From the NCBI GenBank assembly GCA_017986055.1, contig JAGNWH010000004.1, positions 1,356-65,355 of the forward strand: 64,000 nt of DNA. The letters are read 5' to 3'. The notes below the pieces were generated by a model that saw only the letters and a list, made by a program, of their open reading frames with translations, did no database searches and was not told the DNA's origin. Below are positions 17,861 to 28,528 of the stretch, in pieces; the stretch's first letter is position 1; the number at the start of each line of letters is the position of its first letter. This DNA is from Limnohabitans sp. Its GTDB lineage: Bacteria > Pseudomonadota > Gammaproteobacteria > Burkholderiales > Burkholderiaceae_C. The position numbers were made by a program, and so were the translations under genes.

Positions 17861-20284
17861 TCAATGTTTTACAGCATCCACTTTGGCTGTGGCTGCCACG
17901 GCGGGCACAGCAGCTGCGGCGACCTCTTCGTCACTCAATGGCACTGGTTTGGCTTCCAAAGCAATGTCCAAAACTTGGTCAATCCATTTCACAGGCACGA
18001 TCTCCAAACCATTTTTGACATTCTCAGGAATGTCTTGCAGGTCTTTGACGTTGTCTTCTGGAATCAACACGGTTTTGATACCACCGCGCAAAGCGGCCAG
18101 CAGCTTTTCTTTCAGGCCACCAATAGCGGTCACTTCACCACGCAACGTGATTTCACCCGTCATGGCGACATCTGCACGCACGGGGATGCCTGTCATGGCC
18201 GACACCATCGCTGTTGTCATGGCCGCACCCGCGCTCGGGCCGTCTTTGGGCGTTGCCCCATCAGGAACGTGGATGTGCAGGTCTTTCTTTTCAAAGACTT
18301 CGTCCTTGATTCCCAACAAACGCGATCGGCTGCGCACCACGGTGCGGGCTGCCTCGACAGATTCTTTCATCACATCGCCCAGCGAACCGGTACGGGTGAT
18401 GACGCCTTTGCCAGGCATCAAAGCCGCCTCAATGGTTAGCAAATCGCCGCCCACTTCGGTCCACGCCAAACCCACCACCTGGCCAACCTGGTTCTTTTGC
18501 TCGGCACGGCCGTAGCTGTACTTGCGCACGCCCAGAAAGTCGTTCAGGTTGTCAGCGTTCACCACAACCTGTGGCTTCATTTGCTTGAGCAGCAAGGCCT
18601 TGACAACTTTGCGGCAAATTTTGCCCAGTTCGCGTTCGAGCGAACGCACACCTGCCTCGCGAGTGTAATAACGCACCACATCGCGCACAGCGTCTTCGGT
18701 CACGTTCAACTCGGCATCTTTCACACCGTTGTTGGTCATTTGCTTGGGCAGCAAATACTTCATGGCGATGCTGGTTTTTTCGTCTTCGGTATAGCCAGAC
18801 AAACGAATGACTTCCATGCGGTCCAACAGGGCCGAGGGAATGTTCATCGAATTGGACGTTGCCACAAACATCACATCGCTCAGGTCAAAATCGACCTCAA
18901 CATAGTGGTCACCAAAGGTGTGGTTTTGTTCGGGATCAAGCACCTCGAGCAACGCGCTTGATGGGTCACCCCGGAAATCCGTGCCCAGTTTGTCGATTTC
19001 ATCGAGCAAGAAAAGCGGGTTTTTAGTGCCGACCTTGTTCAGGTTCTGCAGCACCTTGCCGGGCAACGCCCCGATGTAGGTGCGGCGGTGGCCGCGAATT
19101 TCGGCTTCGTCACGCATGCCGCCCAGGGCCATGCGCACGTATTTGCGACCCGTGGCCTTGGCAATAGATTGACCCAGCGAGGTCTTGCCCACACCCGGAG
19201 GCCCAACCAGACACAAAATGGGGGCCTTGACCTTGTCAACGCGTTGCTGCACAGCAAGATATTCAAGGATGCGGTCTTTGACTTTGTCCAAGCCAAAATG
19301 GTCCTGGTTCAACACGTCTTCGGCATTGGCCAGGTCATGCTTGAGCTTGGTTTTTTTGCCCCAGGGCAGGCCAATCAACACATCCAGATAGTTGCGTACC
19401 ACCGAGGCTTCGGCCGACATGGGCGACATCAGCTTGAGTTTTTTCAGCTCGCCTTCGGCCTTTTTCCGGGCCTCGGCAGACATCTTGGCCGCTTTGATCT
19501 TCTTTTCGATTTCTTCGATGTCAGCGCCCTCTTCGCCTTCGCCCAGTTCTTTCTGGATGGCTTTGACCTGTTCGTTCAGGTAAAAGTCGCGCTGGTTCTT
19601 TTCCATCTGGCGCTTGACGCGACCCCGGATGCGCTTGTCAACATTCAGGATGTCAACCTCGTGCTCCAACTGGGCAAACAGGTTTTCCAAACGCGCCTTG
19701 ATGCTGGCCAAATCCAGAACCTGCTGTTTGTTCTCGAGTTTGAGCGGCAAGTGCGCGGCAATCGTGTCCGCCAATCGGCCCGGATCGTCGATGCTGGAGA
19801 TCGAGGTCAGGATCTCGGGTGGGATTTTCTTGTTGAGCTTGACGTACTGGTCAAACTGCTGCATCACAGCACGGCGCAGCGCTTCGATTTCGCTGCTGGG
19901 CTCTGCCTGCTCGGCCGATGGGTCAACCGGGGTGACCGTGGCCACAAAGTGCGCCTCGCCATCGACAATCGACTTGACCAAGGCGCGCTGCTGGCCTTCG
20001 ACCAACACCTTAACGGTGCCATCAGGCAGTTTGAGCATTTGCAAAATGGTCGAAACACAACCCACTTCGAACATATCGTCCGTAGCGGGTTCGTCCTTGG
20101 CGGCGGTTTTTTGGGCCACCAGCATGATGCGGCGCTCGGCGGCCATGGCCGATTCGAGGGCCTTGATGCTCTTGGGACGCCCCACAAACAAAGGAATCAC
20201 CATGTGAGGGAAAACGACCACGTCACGCAGCGGCAACATGGGCAGTTCGATCGGGGTGGGCGGTAAAGGTGTGTGTCCAGACAT
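17861..20284 (-). CDS. lon: ATP-dependent protease La
   Basis: LPLRDVVVFP N-domain, GPPGVGKTS Walker A, KDGPSAG catalytic Ser, GGLKEKLLAA. Confidence 0.98.
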   Translation of the reverse strand: MSGHTPLPPTPIELPMLPLRDVVVFPHMVIPLFVGRPKSIKALESAMAAERRIMLVAQKTAAKDEPATDDMFEVGCVSTILQMLKLPDGTVKVLVEGQQRALVKSIVDGEAHFVATVTPVDPSAEQAEPSSEIEALRRAVMQQFDQYVKLNKKIPPEILTSISSIDDPGRLADTIAAHLPLKLENKQQVLDLASIKARLENLFAQLEHEVDILNVDKRIRGRVKRQMEKNQRDFYLNEQVKAIQKELGEGEEGADIEEIEKKIKAAKMSAEARKKAEGELKKLKLMSPMSAEASVVRNYLDVLIGLPWGKKTKLKHDLANAEDVLNQDHFGLDKVKDRILEYLAVQQRVDKVKAPILCLVGPPGVGKTSLGQSIAKATGRKYVRMALGGMRDEAEIRGHRRTYIGALPGKVLQNLNKVGTKNPLFLLDEIDKLGTDFRGDPSSALLEVLDPEQNHTFGDHYVEVDFDLSDVMFVATSNSMNIPSALLDRMEVIRLSGYTEDEKTSIAMKYLLPKQMTNNGVKDAELNVTEDAVRDVVRYYTREAGVRSLERELGKICRKVVKALLLKQMKPQVVVNADNLNDFLGVRKYSYGRAEQKNQVGQVVGLAWTEVGGDLLTIEAALMPGKGVITRTGSLGDVMKESVEAARTVVRSRSRLLGIKDEVFEKKDLHIHVPDGATPKDGPSAGAAMTTAMVSAMTGIPVRADVAMTGEITLRGEVTAIGGLKEKLLAALRGGIKTVLIPEDNVKDLQDIPENVKNGLEIVPVKWIDQVLDIALEAKPVPLSDEEVAAAAVPAVAATAKVDAVKH

Positions 20285-20311
20285 GTGTGTCCCTCAGGTC
20301 AATTCAGCTGC

Positions 20312-20339
20312 ACATGGATGCTGCGGCCGCGATTTCAAC
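20312..20339 (-). promoter_or_regulatory. Sigma-32-like heat-shock promoter for lon
   Basis: Minus strand GTTGAAA-N13-ATCCATGT vs consensus CTTGAAA-N13-17-CCCCATNT. Confidence 0.55.
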
Positions 20340-20384
20340 CCATCCAAGAAAAAAGGGGCTCCATCGCGGTGCTGCGCATGTGGG

Positions 20385-21650
20385 TCAGGCCTGTTTGGCC
20401 GACTCGCGGTAAACCAGCAGCGGTGGCTTGTTGTCATCGATGACGGACTCGTCCACCACCACTTTTTCAACATTGACCGCATTGGGCAATTCAAACATCG
20501 TATCGATCAAGGCCTGCTCCATGATGGACCGCAGACCACGGGCACCGGTCTTGCGGGCCAAGGCCTTGCGGGCCATGGCTGCTAGCGCGTTGGGGCGGAC
20601 TTCGAGCTCCACGCCCTCCATGGCCAGCAGTTTGGTGAACTGCTTGACCACTGCGTTTTTGGGCTCGGTCAAAATTTGCACCAAAGCATCTTCGCTCAGC
20701 TCGGCCAAAGTGGCCACCACAGGCAAACGGCCCACCAGCTCGGGAATCAGACCAAACTTGATCAGGTCTTCGGGCTCAACTTCATTGAACACGTCCGTGA
20801 TGGAACGTTGCTTCTTGCTCTTGACTGTTGCACCAAAACCGATGCCACCAGACTCGGTGCGGTTTTCAATGACTTTTTCAAGTCCGGCAAATGCACCGCC
20901 GCAAATGAACAGGATGTTGGTGGTGTCGATCTGCAAAAAGTCTTGATTGGGGTGCTTGCGGCCGCCCTGCGGGGGCACGCTGGCCATGGTGCCTTCGACC
21001 AGCTTGAGCAAAGCCTGCTGAACGCCCTCGCCCGACACATCACGCGTGATCGAGGGGTTGTCTGACTTGCGGGTGATCTTGTCGATCTCATCGATGTAGA
21101 CGATGCCGCGCTGGGCACGCTCCACATCGTAATTGCAGGTTTGCAGGAGTTTGGCGACGATGTTCTCGACGTCTTCACCCACATAACCCGCTTCGGTCAA
21201 GGTGGTGGCATCGGCCATGACAAAAGGCACGTCCAGCATGCGGGCCATGGTCTGTGCCAGCAAGGTCTTGCCAGAACCCGTGGGGCCGATCAGCAAGATG
21301 TTGCTTTTGGCCAGTTCGACGTCGTCTTTCTTTGCACTTTCTTTGTGCTTGAGGCGCTTGTAGTGGTTATAAACCGCCACCGCCAGGCTTCGCTTGGCCT
21401 TTTCCTGGCCAATCACGTAGTTGTCCAAGTTGGTCTTGATGTCCAGTGGAGTAGGCAAGCCTTCTTTGGCCCCATCGGCCACAGTCGTGGTGGCCAGTTC
21501 ATCGCGCACGATGTCGTTGCACAAGTCAATGCATTCGTCGCAAATGAAAACCGATGGACCTGCAATCAGCTTTTTGACCTCGTGCTGGCTTTTGCCGCAA
21601 AAGGAGCAGAACAGGTTTTTCTCAGTAGTTGAGCCTTTTTTATCGGCCAT
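20385..21650 (-). CDS. clpX: ATP-dependent Clp protease ATP-binding subunit
   Basis: CSFC...CDEC zinc finger, [21 protein letters not shown] loop. Confidence 0.98.
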   Translation of the reverse strand: MADKKGSTTEKNLFCSFCGKSQHEVKKLIAGPSVFICDECIDLCNDIVRDELATTTVADGAKEGLPTPLDIKTNLDNYVIGQEKAKRSLAVAVYNHYKRLKHKESAKKDDVELAKSNILLIGPTGSGKTLLAQTMARMLDVPFVMADATTLTEAGYVGEDVENIVAKLLQTCNYDVERAQRGIVYIDEIDKITRKSDNPSITRDVSGEGVQQALLKLVEGTMASVPPQGGRKHPNQDFLQIDTTNILFICGGAFAGLEKVIENRTESGGIGFGATVKSKKQRSITDVFNEVEPEDLIKFGLIPELVGRLPVVATLAELSEDALVQILTEPKNAVVKQFTKLLAMEGVELEVRPNALAAMARKALARKTGARGLRSIMEQALIDTMFELPNAVNVEKVVVDESVIDDNKPPLLVYRESAKQA

Positions 21651-21758
21651 AAATGTCGCCTCGGAATCCGGAATTCATCAATGATAACGAAAGAAAAACG
21701 GCGCTCACCCGTTCAAGGTAAACGCCGTCAGCCAGGGAGCCGGATGAACCGGCTGCCC

Positions 21759-22367
21759 TCAAGCGCGTTTGGAAATGACTTCGTCCACCAAACCGTAGTC
21801 TTTGGCTTCGGTCGCAGACAGGTAATAGTCGCGCTCGGTGTCAAGCTCAATCTTTTCCAGCGGCTGGCCCGTGTTCTCGGACAAGATGCGGTTGAGGTGT
21901 GCACGGGTCTTCACGATTTCACGGGCAGCGATCTCGATCTCTGTGGCCTGACCACGGGCACCGCCCAGAGGCTGGTGAATCATGATCTTGGAGTTGGGTA
22001 GCGAAAAGCGCTTGCCCTTGGCACCCGAAGACAACAAAAACGCGCCCATGCTGGCGGCCATGCCGTTACACAAGGTGGAAACATCGGGCTTGATGAAGTT
22101 CATGGTGTCGTAAATCGCCATGCCGGCGCTCACCGAGCCACCTGGCGAGTTGATGTACAGCGAAATGTCCTTTTCGGGGTTTTCGCTCTCCAAAAACAGC
22201 AACTGGGCGACGATCAGGTTGGCCATGTGGTCATTGACCTCACCCACCAAAAAGATCACGCGCTCTTTGAGCAAACGCGAATAGATGTCGTAGGCGCGTT
22301 CGCCACGTCCCGACTGCTCAACGACCATGGGCACCATGCCCAAATTTGTGATTTCCAGTGCGCTCAT
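21759..22367 (-). CDS. clpP: ATP-dependent Clp protease proteolytic subunit
   Basis: [33 protein letters not shown]; start trimmed to MSALE (alternative 22370). Confidence 0.97.
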   Translation of the reverse strand: MSALEITNLGMVPMVVEQSGRGERAYDIYSRLLKERVIFLVGEVNDHMANLIVAQLLFLESENPEKDISLYINSPGGSVSAGMAIYDTMNFIKPDVSTLCNGMAASMGAFLLSSGAKGKRFSLPNSKIMIHQPLGGARGQATEIEIAAREIVKTRAHLNRILSENTGQPLEKIELDTERDYYLSATEAKDYGLVDEVISKRA

Positions 22368-22387
22368 CATTTCTCCAAGAATGTCAC

Positions 22388-22413
22388 AGATGACTTTAAC
22401 CCGAGTTTTCAAC
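22388..22413 (-). promoter_or_regulatory. Possible sigma-32-like promoter for clpP
   Basis: Minus strand GTTGAAA followed about 12 nt later by GTCATCT; weaker match than the lon site. Confidence 0.3.
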
Positions 22414-22489
22414 CCACCAAAGAGATGGGGCTTGTTTGCCAGACTGCAAGCCCGGCACAAGCCCCATTCTCAATAGAATCAAAGTTCTA

Positions 22490-23803
22490 TCAGGCTTGTT
22501 GGCCCATCAGCTCTTCAAAAGTGATGGCTTTTTCGACCACTTTGGCCTGGGCCAGGACGAAATCAGACACATTGCTCTCGATGACCACGGCTTCGACTTC
22601 GGCCAAACGCTGGTTGTCGCTGTTGTACCAACGCACCACGTCATCGGGACGCTCGTAACTGGCGGCCAGTTCTTCGATGTGGGCTTTGATCTGTTCTGGC
22701 TTGGCGTGCAGTGTGTTGCCACGCACGACTTCGGCCACGACCAGGCCCAGGCGCACGCGCTGCTCGGCTTGAGGACGGAAGATGTCGTCAGGGATTGGGG
22801 CTTTGTCGGCGTCCTTGATGCCGCGTTGCTTCAAGTCAGCGCGGGCGCCGTCTTTCAGGCGCTCAATTTCGGACTGAACGATCGACTGGGGCAAGTCCAG
22901 CTCGGCCTTGGCCACCAAAGCATCCATGGCGGCTTGCTTGTTGCGGGCCAGCAAGCGGAATTTGACTTCGCGCTCGAGGTTTTTACGGATATCAGCACGC
23001 AGACCTTCAACGGTCGCATCGGCAATGCCCAAAGACTTGGCAAGTGCTTCGTTGACTTCAGGCAGGTTGGCCGCTTCGAGTTTCTTGACGGTCACCATGA
23101 AGTCGGCTGTTTTGCCAGCCACGTCTTGGCCGTGGTAGTCGGCAGGGAAAGCCAGTGGGAAAGTCTTGCTTTCGCCAAACTTCATGCCACGCACGGCATC
23201 TTCAAATTCCTTGAGCATCTGGCCGTCGCCCAAAATGAACTGGAAGTCTTCGGCTTTGCCGCCAGAGAACACTTCACCGTCGATCTTGCCTTCGAAGTCG
23301 ATGGTGGCGCGGTCGCCGTCTTGCGCAGCGGCGTCTTGGGCACGCTGGGCAAAAGTGCGGCGCTGCTTGCGCAAAATATCGACGGTCTTGTCGATGGCGG
23401 CGTCAGAGACTTCGGCGGTCAGTTTTTCAACTTCGGTATCGGCCAAATTGCCCAGCTTGACTTCGGGGTACACCTCAAAAATGGCTTCGAAGTTCAACTC
23501 GCCTTCAGGTGCGCCTTCTTTTTCAGAGATGCGGGGCTGACCGGCCACACGCACTTTGGCTTCGTTGGCGGCCACAGCAAAAGCTTCGCCGACTTTGTCG
23601 TTCAGAACTTCGTACTGAACCGAGTAGCCATAGCGCTGGGTGACCACATTCATGGGTACTTTGCCTGGACGGAAACCGTCCATCTTGACGGTGCGTGCCA
23701 TTTTCTTCAGGCGTGCATCCACTTCAGACTGGATGGCCGTCACGGGCACAGTCAGGGTGATCTTGCGTTCCAGCTTTTCAAGGGTTTCAACAGTCACAGT
23801 CAT
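22490..23803 (-). CDS. tig: Trigger factor
   Basis: GFRPGKVP ribosome-binding signature and FKBP domain; upstream of clpP. Confidence 0.98.
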   Translation of the reverse strand: MTVTVETLEKLERKITLTVPVTAIQSEVDARLKKMARTVKMDGFRPGKVPMNVVTQRYGYSVQYEVLNDKVGEAFAVAANEAKVRVAGQPRISEKEGAPEGELNFEAIFEVYPEVKLGNLADTEVEKLTAEVSDAAIDKTVDILRKQRRTFAQRAQDAAAQDGDRATIDFEGKIDGEVFSGGKAEDFQFILGDGQMLKEFEDAVRGMKFGESKTFPLAFPADYHGQDVAGKTADFMVTVKKLEAANLPEVNEALAKSLGIADATVEGLRADIRKNLEREVKFRLLARNKQAAMDALVAKAELDLPQSIVQSEIERLKDGARADLKQRGIKDADKAPIPDDIFRPQAEQRVRLGLVVAEVVRGNTLHAKPEQIKAHIEELAASYERPDDVVRWYNSDNQRLAEVEAVVIESNVSDFVLAQAKVVEKAITFEELMGQQA

Positions 23804-23867
23804 CGTCGTTCTCGGTTAATTGAATGTCTCTCAGGCCGCTGGGTTGCCCCTTTGGCCAAAAGTCGGT

Positions 23868-23954
23868 TGGTGCGCGGGGCGGGACTCGAACCCGCACAGT
23901 GTTGCCACCGTCAGGACCTAAACCTGGTGCGTCTACCAATTTCGCCACCCGCGC
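23868..23954 (-). tRNA. tRNA-Leu(TAG)
   Basis: GCGCGGGTGGCGAAATTGGTAGACGCACCAGGTT-TAG-GTCCTGA...GTTCGAGTCCCGCCCCGCGCACCA, 87 nt. Confidence 0.96.
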
Positions 23955-24069
23955 AGGTCCAAACAAAAAGGGCGTCAGGACCGTCAGTCGGCACAAAGCC
24001 GCCTGACGCACCTGACCGCCCGGTTGAAATCGGTCAACTTTCTATTTTAGCCGCTTCAATTGGCCAAAT

Positions 24070-27000
24070 TCAGGCACGGGCTTCATTTGGGCGTGGAATC
24101 CTGAACCAGGCCGCGTACATCGCAGGCAGCGCCAGCAGTGTGAGCGCCGTGGCCACGATCAAGCCGCCCATGATGGCGACCGCCATAGGGCCCCAAAAGA
24201 TGCTCCTTGACAGGGGAATCATGGCCAAAACAGCCGCCGCTGCCGTGAGCACAATCGGGCGCAAACGCCGCACAGCCGACTCGACAATGGCTTGCCAAGG
24301 CGCCACGCCAGCAGCACGGTCTTGCTCAATCTGGTCGATCAAGATGACCGAATTGCGCTGAATCATGCCCATCAGCGCGATCACACCCAGCAAAGCCACG
24401 AAGCCAAACGGACGGTTCAACACCAGCAAAGCACCCGCCACGCCGGCCATGCCAAGAGGGCCTGTCAAAAACACCAGCATGGCACGGCTGAAACTTTGCA
24501 GCTGCAGCATCAACAGCGTGAAGGTGATGAAAAGCATGACCGGGACACCTGCCGCAATCGAGGCCGAGCCCTTGGAGCTTTCTTCCACCGCGCCCGCCAC
24601 CTCAATGCGATAGCCACTCAGGCCCTGCCCTTGCCATGTGGCTTCGGTCTTTTTCAGAGAGGGCAGCAATTGAGACGTGACCGTGGCCCCCTGCAAACCT
24701 TCGGCGATGTCTGCTTGCACCGTGATGGCGTATTGACGGCCTTCGCGCCACATGACGCCGGGTTCCCAAGCAAACACAGGGTTGGCGACTTGCAGCAATG
24801 GAATGGACCGCCCAGACGCAGTGGCTACATAAGCTTGCCGCAGATCGGACAAGGCATCGCGTTCGGCCAAGGGTTGGCGCAAAACGATGTCGATCAACTT
24901 GTCACCCTCGCGAAATTGGCCCACCGTCGAGCCACTGAGCAAGGTACGCGAAGCCTGCGCAATCGACTGGCTGGTCACGCCCAAAGCGCGGGCTTTGGCT
25001 TGGTCCACTTCGAGTCGTACCGACTTGACCGACTCGTTCCAGTTGTCGTTCACACCCCGGGTGTTGGCGTTCAGGCGCATCTCGGCTTTGATCTCGTCGG
25101 CCTTCAGACGCAACACCTTGGGGTCTGGCCCCACCACACGAAACTGCACCGGGTAAGGCACGGGCGGGCCGTTGGGCAGCAACTTCACGCGGCCACGCAC
25201 CTCGGGGAACTCTTGCGCCAGCAAAGCGGGCAGCTTGGCACGCAACACCTCGCGGGCTTTCAGGTCGTCAGGCAGCACGATGAGCTGCGACACGTTGGTC
25301 TGAGGAAACACCTGGTCCAGTGGCAAATAAAAGCGCGGCACGCCCGAACCCACCCAAGCCGTGACGGACTTGACACCGTCTTCTTGGGCCAAGCGTTGCT
25401 CAACGCGTTTGGCCATGTCCTCGCTGGCCTTGAAGGGCGAACCCTCGGGCAGCCACAAATCCACCATGATTTCGGGGCGGCTGGAGTCAGGGAAGAACTG
25501 CTGCTGCACCTTGCCCATGCCGACAATGCCCATGGCAAACAAGAACACGGTGATGCCAATCGTCTTCCAGCGGTGTGTGACGCACCAGGTCACCCAAGTG
25601 CGGAAATGCCGGTAAAAGGGTGTGTCAAACATCTCGGCCGAATCCAGATGCTCGGCCGACACGGCATGCGCTGGCGGCTTCAACAGCAAAGCACCCAGAT
25701 AGGGCACAAAGTAAACCGAAGCCACCCAGCTGACCAGCAAAGCCACCACGGTGACCGCAAAAATCGCAAAAGTGTATTCACCGGTCATGGACTTGGCCAT
25801 GCCGATCGGCAAGAAACCCGCAGCAGTGATCAAGGTGCCCGTGAGCATGGGCATGGCCGTGAGCTCATAGGCAAAGGTGGCTGCGCGTACCTTGTCGTAG
25901 CCCTCTTCCATCTTGCGCACCATCATCTCCACCGCAATGATGGCGTCGTCCACCAGCAAACCCAGGGCAATGATGAGCGAACCCAGCGAGATTTTGTGCA
26001 AGCCAATGCCAAAGTAATGCATGGCCAAAAAGGTCACCGCCAGCACCAATGGGATCGTGATGCCCACCACCAGGCCAGGCCGGATGTCCAGCGTCCAGCG
26101 CCGCCACAAGGGGTTGGTGCCTGGCCGCTTGTGCAGGCCCAGTGCCAAAAAGCTCACCGCCAGCACGATCACCACCGCCTCGATCAACACTTTGATGAAT
26201 TCGTTGACCGAATTGGACACTGCGCTCGGCTGATCTTGGACTTGCGTCAGGATCATGCCCGCAGGCAAGGCGGCCTCCATGTTGGCCACTGTCTGGCGCA
26301 AAGACTTGCCCAAAGCGATGATGTCGCCGCCCTTGGCCATGGACACGCCCAGTGCGATCACCTCCTGACCCTCATGGCGCACCTTGACAGACGGCGGATC
26401 CACGTAGCCACGGGTCACGACGGCGATGTCCGACAAACGGATTTGGGCTCCCGAGACGCCGCGAATCGGCATGGCCTGCAAGGCCTCCAGGCTCTGAAAC
26501 TGCCCTCCCACACGCACCTGCACCACATCCACAGGTGACTGCAAACTGCCCGCCGATTCCACCGCGTTTTGCTGACCCAGCTGCGCCAGTACCGCGCCCA
26601 TGTCCAGGCCCATTTGGGCCAGCTTCTTTTGCGACACTTCAATAAAGACTTTTTCGTCCTGCGCACCAAACAGCTCGACCTTGGCCACATCAGGCACGCG
26701 CAAAAGCGACTGGCGCAGGCTATCGGCCTGGGTTTTGACCTCTGCCGCCGTAAAGCCCTGACCACTCAAGGCATAGATGACGCCATAGACATCGCCGAAT
26801 TCGTCATTAAAAAACGGTCCCACCACGCCAGGCGGCAAACTGCCACGCATGTCGCCGATTTTTTTGCGCACGGAATACCAGACCTGGGGCACATCGCCCG
26901 GCTTGGAGTTGTCCTTGATCTGGAAAATGATCTGCGCCTCGCCCGGCTTGGAATAACTGCGGATCTTGTCGGCAAAAGGCACCTCTTGGAGGGTGCGCTC

Positions 27001-27225
27001 CAGCTTGTCGGTCACCTGCTCGGCCATTTGCTCGGCCGTCGCGCCCGGCCAATAGGCCCGCACCACCATCGCCCGAAAAGTGAAAGGTGGGTCTTCGTCC
27101 TGCCCCAGTTGAAAATAAGACGCCATGCCCAGCACCATCAGCACCACCATCAGGTAGCGGGTCAGGGCCGGGTGCTCAAGCGCCCAGCGCGAGAGGTTGA
27201 ATTGGGTGTTGTCAGTACTGCTCAT
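24070..27225 (-). CDS. RND efflux permease (MexK/TriC-like)
   Basis: FNLSRWAL start, LGQDEDPPFTFR, GLLVDDAII, RLRPIVLTAAAA; start trimmed to MSSTDN. Confidence 0.92.
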   Translation of the reverse strand: MSSTDNTQFNLSRWALEHPALTRYLMVVLMVLGMASYFQLGQDEDPPFTFRAMVVRAYWPGATAEQMAEQVTDKLERTLQEVPFADKIRSYSKPGEAQIIFQIKDNSKPGDVPQVWYSVRKKIGDMRGSLPPGVVGPFFNDEFGDVYGVIYALSGQGFTAAEVKTQADSLRQSLLRVPDVAKVELFGAQDEKVFIEVSQKKLAQMGLDMGAVLAQLGQQNAVESAGSLQSPVDVVQVRVGGQFQSLEALQAMPIRGVSGAQIRLSDIAVVTRGYVDPPSVKVRHEGQEVIALGVSMAKGGDIIALGKSLRQTVANMEAALPAGMILTQVQDQPSAVSNSVNEFIKVLIEAVVIVLAVSFLALGLHKRPGTNPLWRRWTLDIRPGLVVGITIPLVLAVTFLAMHYFGIGLHKISLGSLIIALGLLVDDAIIAVEMMVRKMEEGYDKVRAATFAYELTAMPMLTGTLITAAGFLPIGMAKSMTGEYTFAIFAVTVVALLVSWVASVYFVPYLGALLLKPPAHAVSAEHLDSAEMFDTPFYRHFRTWVTWCVTHRWKTIGITVFLFAMGIVGMGKVQQQFFPDSSRPEIMVDLWLPEGSPFKASEDMAKRVEQRLAQEDGVKSVTAWVGSGVPRFYLPLDQVFPQTNVSQLIVLPDDLKAREVLRAKLPALLAQEFPEVRGRVKLLPNGPPVPYPVQFRVVGPDPKVLRLKADEIKAEMRLNANTRGVNDNWNESVKSVRLEVDQAKARALGVTSQSIAQASRTLLSGSTVGQFREGDKLIDIVLRQPLAERDALSDLRQAYVATASGRSIPLLQVANPVFAWEPGVMWREGRQYAITVQADIAEGLQGATVTSQLLPSLKKTEATWQGQGLSGYRIEVAGAVEESSKGSASIAAGVPVMLFITFTLLMLQLQSFSRAMLVFLTGPLGMAGVAGALLVLNRPFGFVALLGVIALMGMIQRNSVILIDQIEQDRAAGVAPWQAIVESAVRRLRPIVLTAAAAVLAMIPLSRSIFWGPMAVAIMGGLIVATALTLLALPAMYAAWFRIPRPNEARA

Positions 27226-27229
27226 GCGA

Positions 27230-28405
27230 TCACCGTTGCGCTGTAGATGCAGGAGCTGATGCGGGTCCGGCAGGTGCAACTGCTGGCGCTGCGCCACTGG
27301 CAGCAGCGCCATAAACCGTGACTTTCTGGCCAGGCGACAGGACATGCACACCTGCGCTCACCACTTTTTGCCCGGGCTTCAAGCCAGACTGAATGACCAC
27401 CTCATTGCCATCGACCATGCTCACTTCTACTGCTTGGGTGTTCACCGTCATGCTGGCCTCATCCAGCACCCAAACCACAGTGCCTTGGCCTTCCTGGCGC
27501 AATGCGCTGGTGGGCAACTTGATCACCGCGGGCTGACTGCCTGGCAAATGGGCCGCCAACACGTTGACCGTGGCCCCCAAAGGCAATCGTTCCGAGGCGT
27601 CCAGCGCCAGCTTGACGGCATAGGTGCGCGTGACCGGATCGGCGCTGGCCGCCAATTCGCGAACTGTGCCTTTCAGGGGCTGCCCGGTACTGACCAATGT
27701 GGCTTGCATGCTCTGGCCCACTTTGAGGGCCAAGGCCATCTTCTCAGAGACCGCAAACACCGCATCACGAGGACCATCGTGGGCCAGGCGCACCACAGGC
27801 TGACCGGCAGAAACCACCTGCCCAACTTCAGCTTCAACCGCCGTGACGACTGCAGCATGGCTGGCCGTCAAGCGGGCGTAACCGGCTTGGTTGCTTTGAG
27901 CCTGCGCCTGCGCTTTGGCCTGATTCAGGGCCGCATCGGCCGCTTTCAGAGTGGTGTCGCGCCGTTCCAACTCGGCACCACTGATGAAGTTTTGCGCCTT
28001 CAAGGCTTCATAGCGTCTGAGTTCTGCCGCCGCCAGATCGCGCTGGCTTTGCGCCGCACTCACCTGAGCCAATGCCGCTTGCGCAGCCAATTGGTAGTCT
28101 TGTGCGTCAATTTGGGCCAGCAACTGGCCTGCGTCCACCCGCTGTCCCTGCTCGGCAGGGCGCTGCACCAGTTTCCCACCCACACGAAAACCCAGTCTAG
28201 ACTCAACCCTTGCCCGCACCTCGGCCGAATACTCGCCCTCGACATTCAATGCACTACCCGCCACCGTGATCAACTTGACCGATCTCAACGGCTCTTTGGG
28301 GGGTTCTGTTTTGGAACACGCCACCAAAGTACTCACACACAGAGCGATCGCACACAAACGGAAAACTCGCCCAGTGGCGAGTGACAAAGTTGAAGACATG
28401 GGCAT
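27230..28405 (-). CDS. RND membrane fusion (periplasmic adaptor) lipoprotein, MexJ-like
   Basis: LVAC lipobox, LGFRVGGK, ADPVTRTY, GLKPGQKVVSAGVH; alternative start 28399. Confidence 0.9.
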   Translation of the reverse strand: MPMSSTLSLATGRVFRLCAIALCVSTLVACSKTEPPKEPLRSVKLITVAGSALNVEGEYSAEVRARVESRLGFRVGGKLVQRPAEQGQRVDAGQLLAQIDAQDYQLAAQAALAQVSAAQSQRDLAAAELRRYEALKAQNFISGAELERRDTTLKAADAALNQAKAQAQAQSNQAGYARLTASHAAVVTAVEAEVGQVVSAGQPVVRLAHDGPRDAVFAVSEKMALALKVGQSMQATLVSTGQPLKGTVRELAASADPVTRTYAVKLALDASERLPLGATVNVLAAHLPGSQPAVIKLPTSALRQEGQGTVVWVLDEASMTVNTQAVEVSMVDGNEVVIQSGLKPGQKVVSAGVHVLSPGQKVTVYGAAASGAAPAVAPAGPASAPASTAQR

Positions 28406-28421
28406 TCCCGAGAAAATAATA

Positions 28422-28441
28422 ATGACTGACTGGTTAGTAAT
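28422..28441. promoter_or_regulatory. Imperfect palindrome, possible TetR-family operator
   Basis: ATGACTGACT|GGTTAGTAAT (7 of 10 positions symmetric) between the divergent RND and squalene genes. Confidence 0.45.
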
Positions 28442-28528
28442 CTATTCAAAGTCGTCCGGTCTGTCAAGCGACAATAGCGATTGACCATGCACATCACCAC
28501 TTTATTCGAGCGCAAAAAGCACAGCGTC

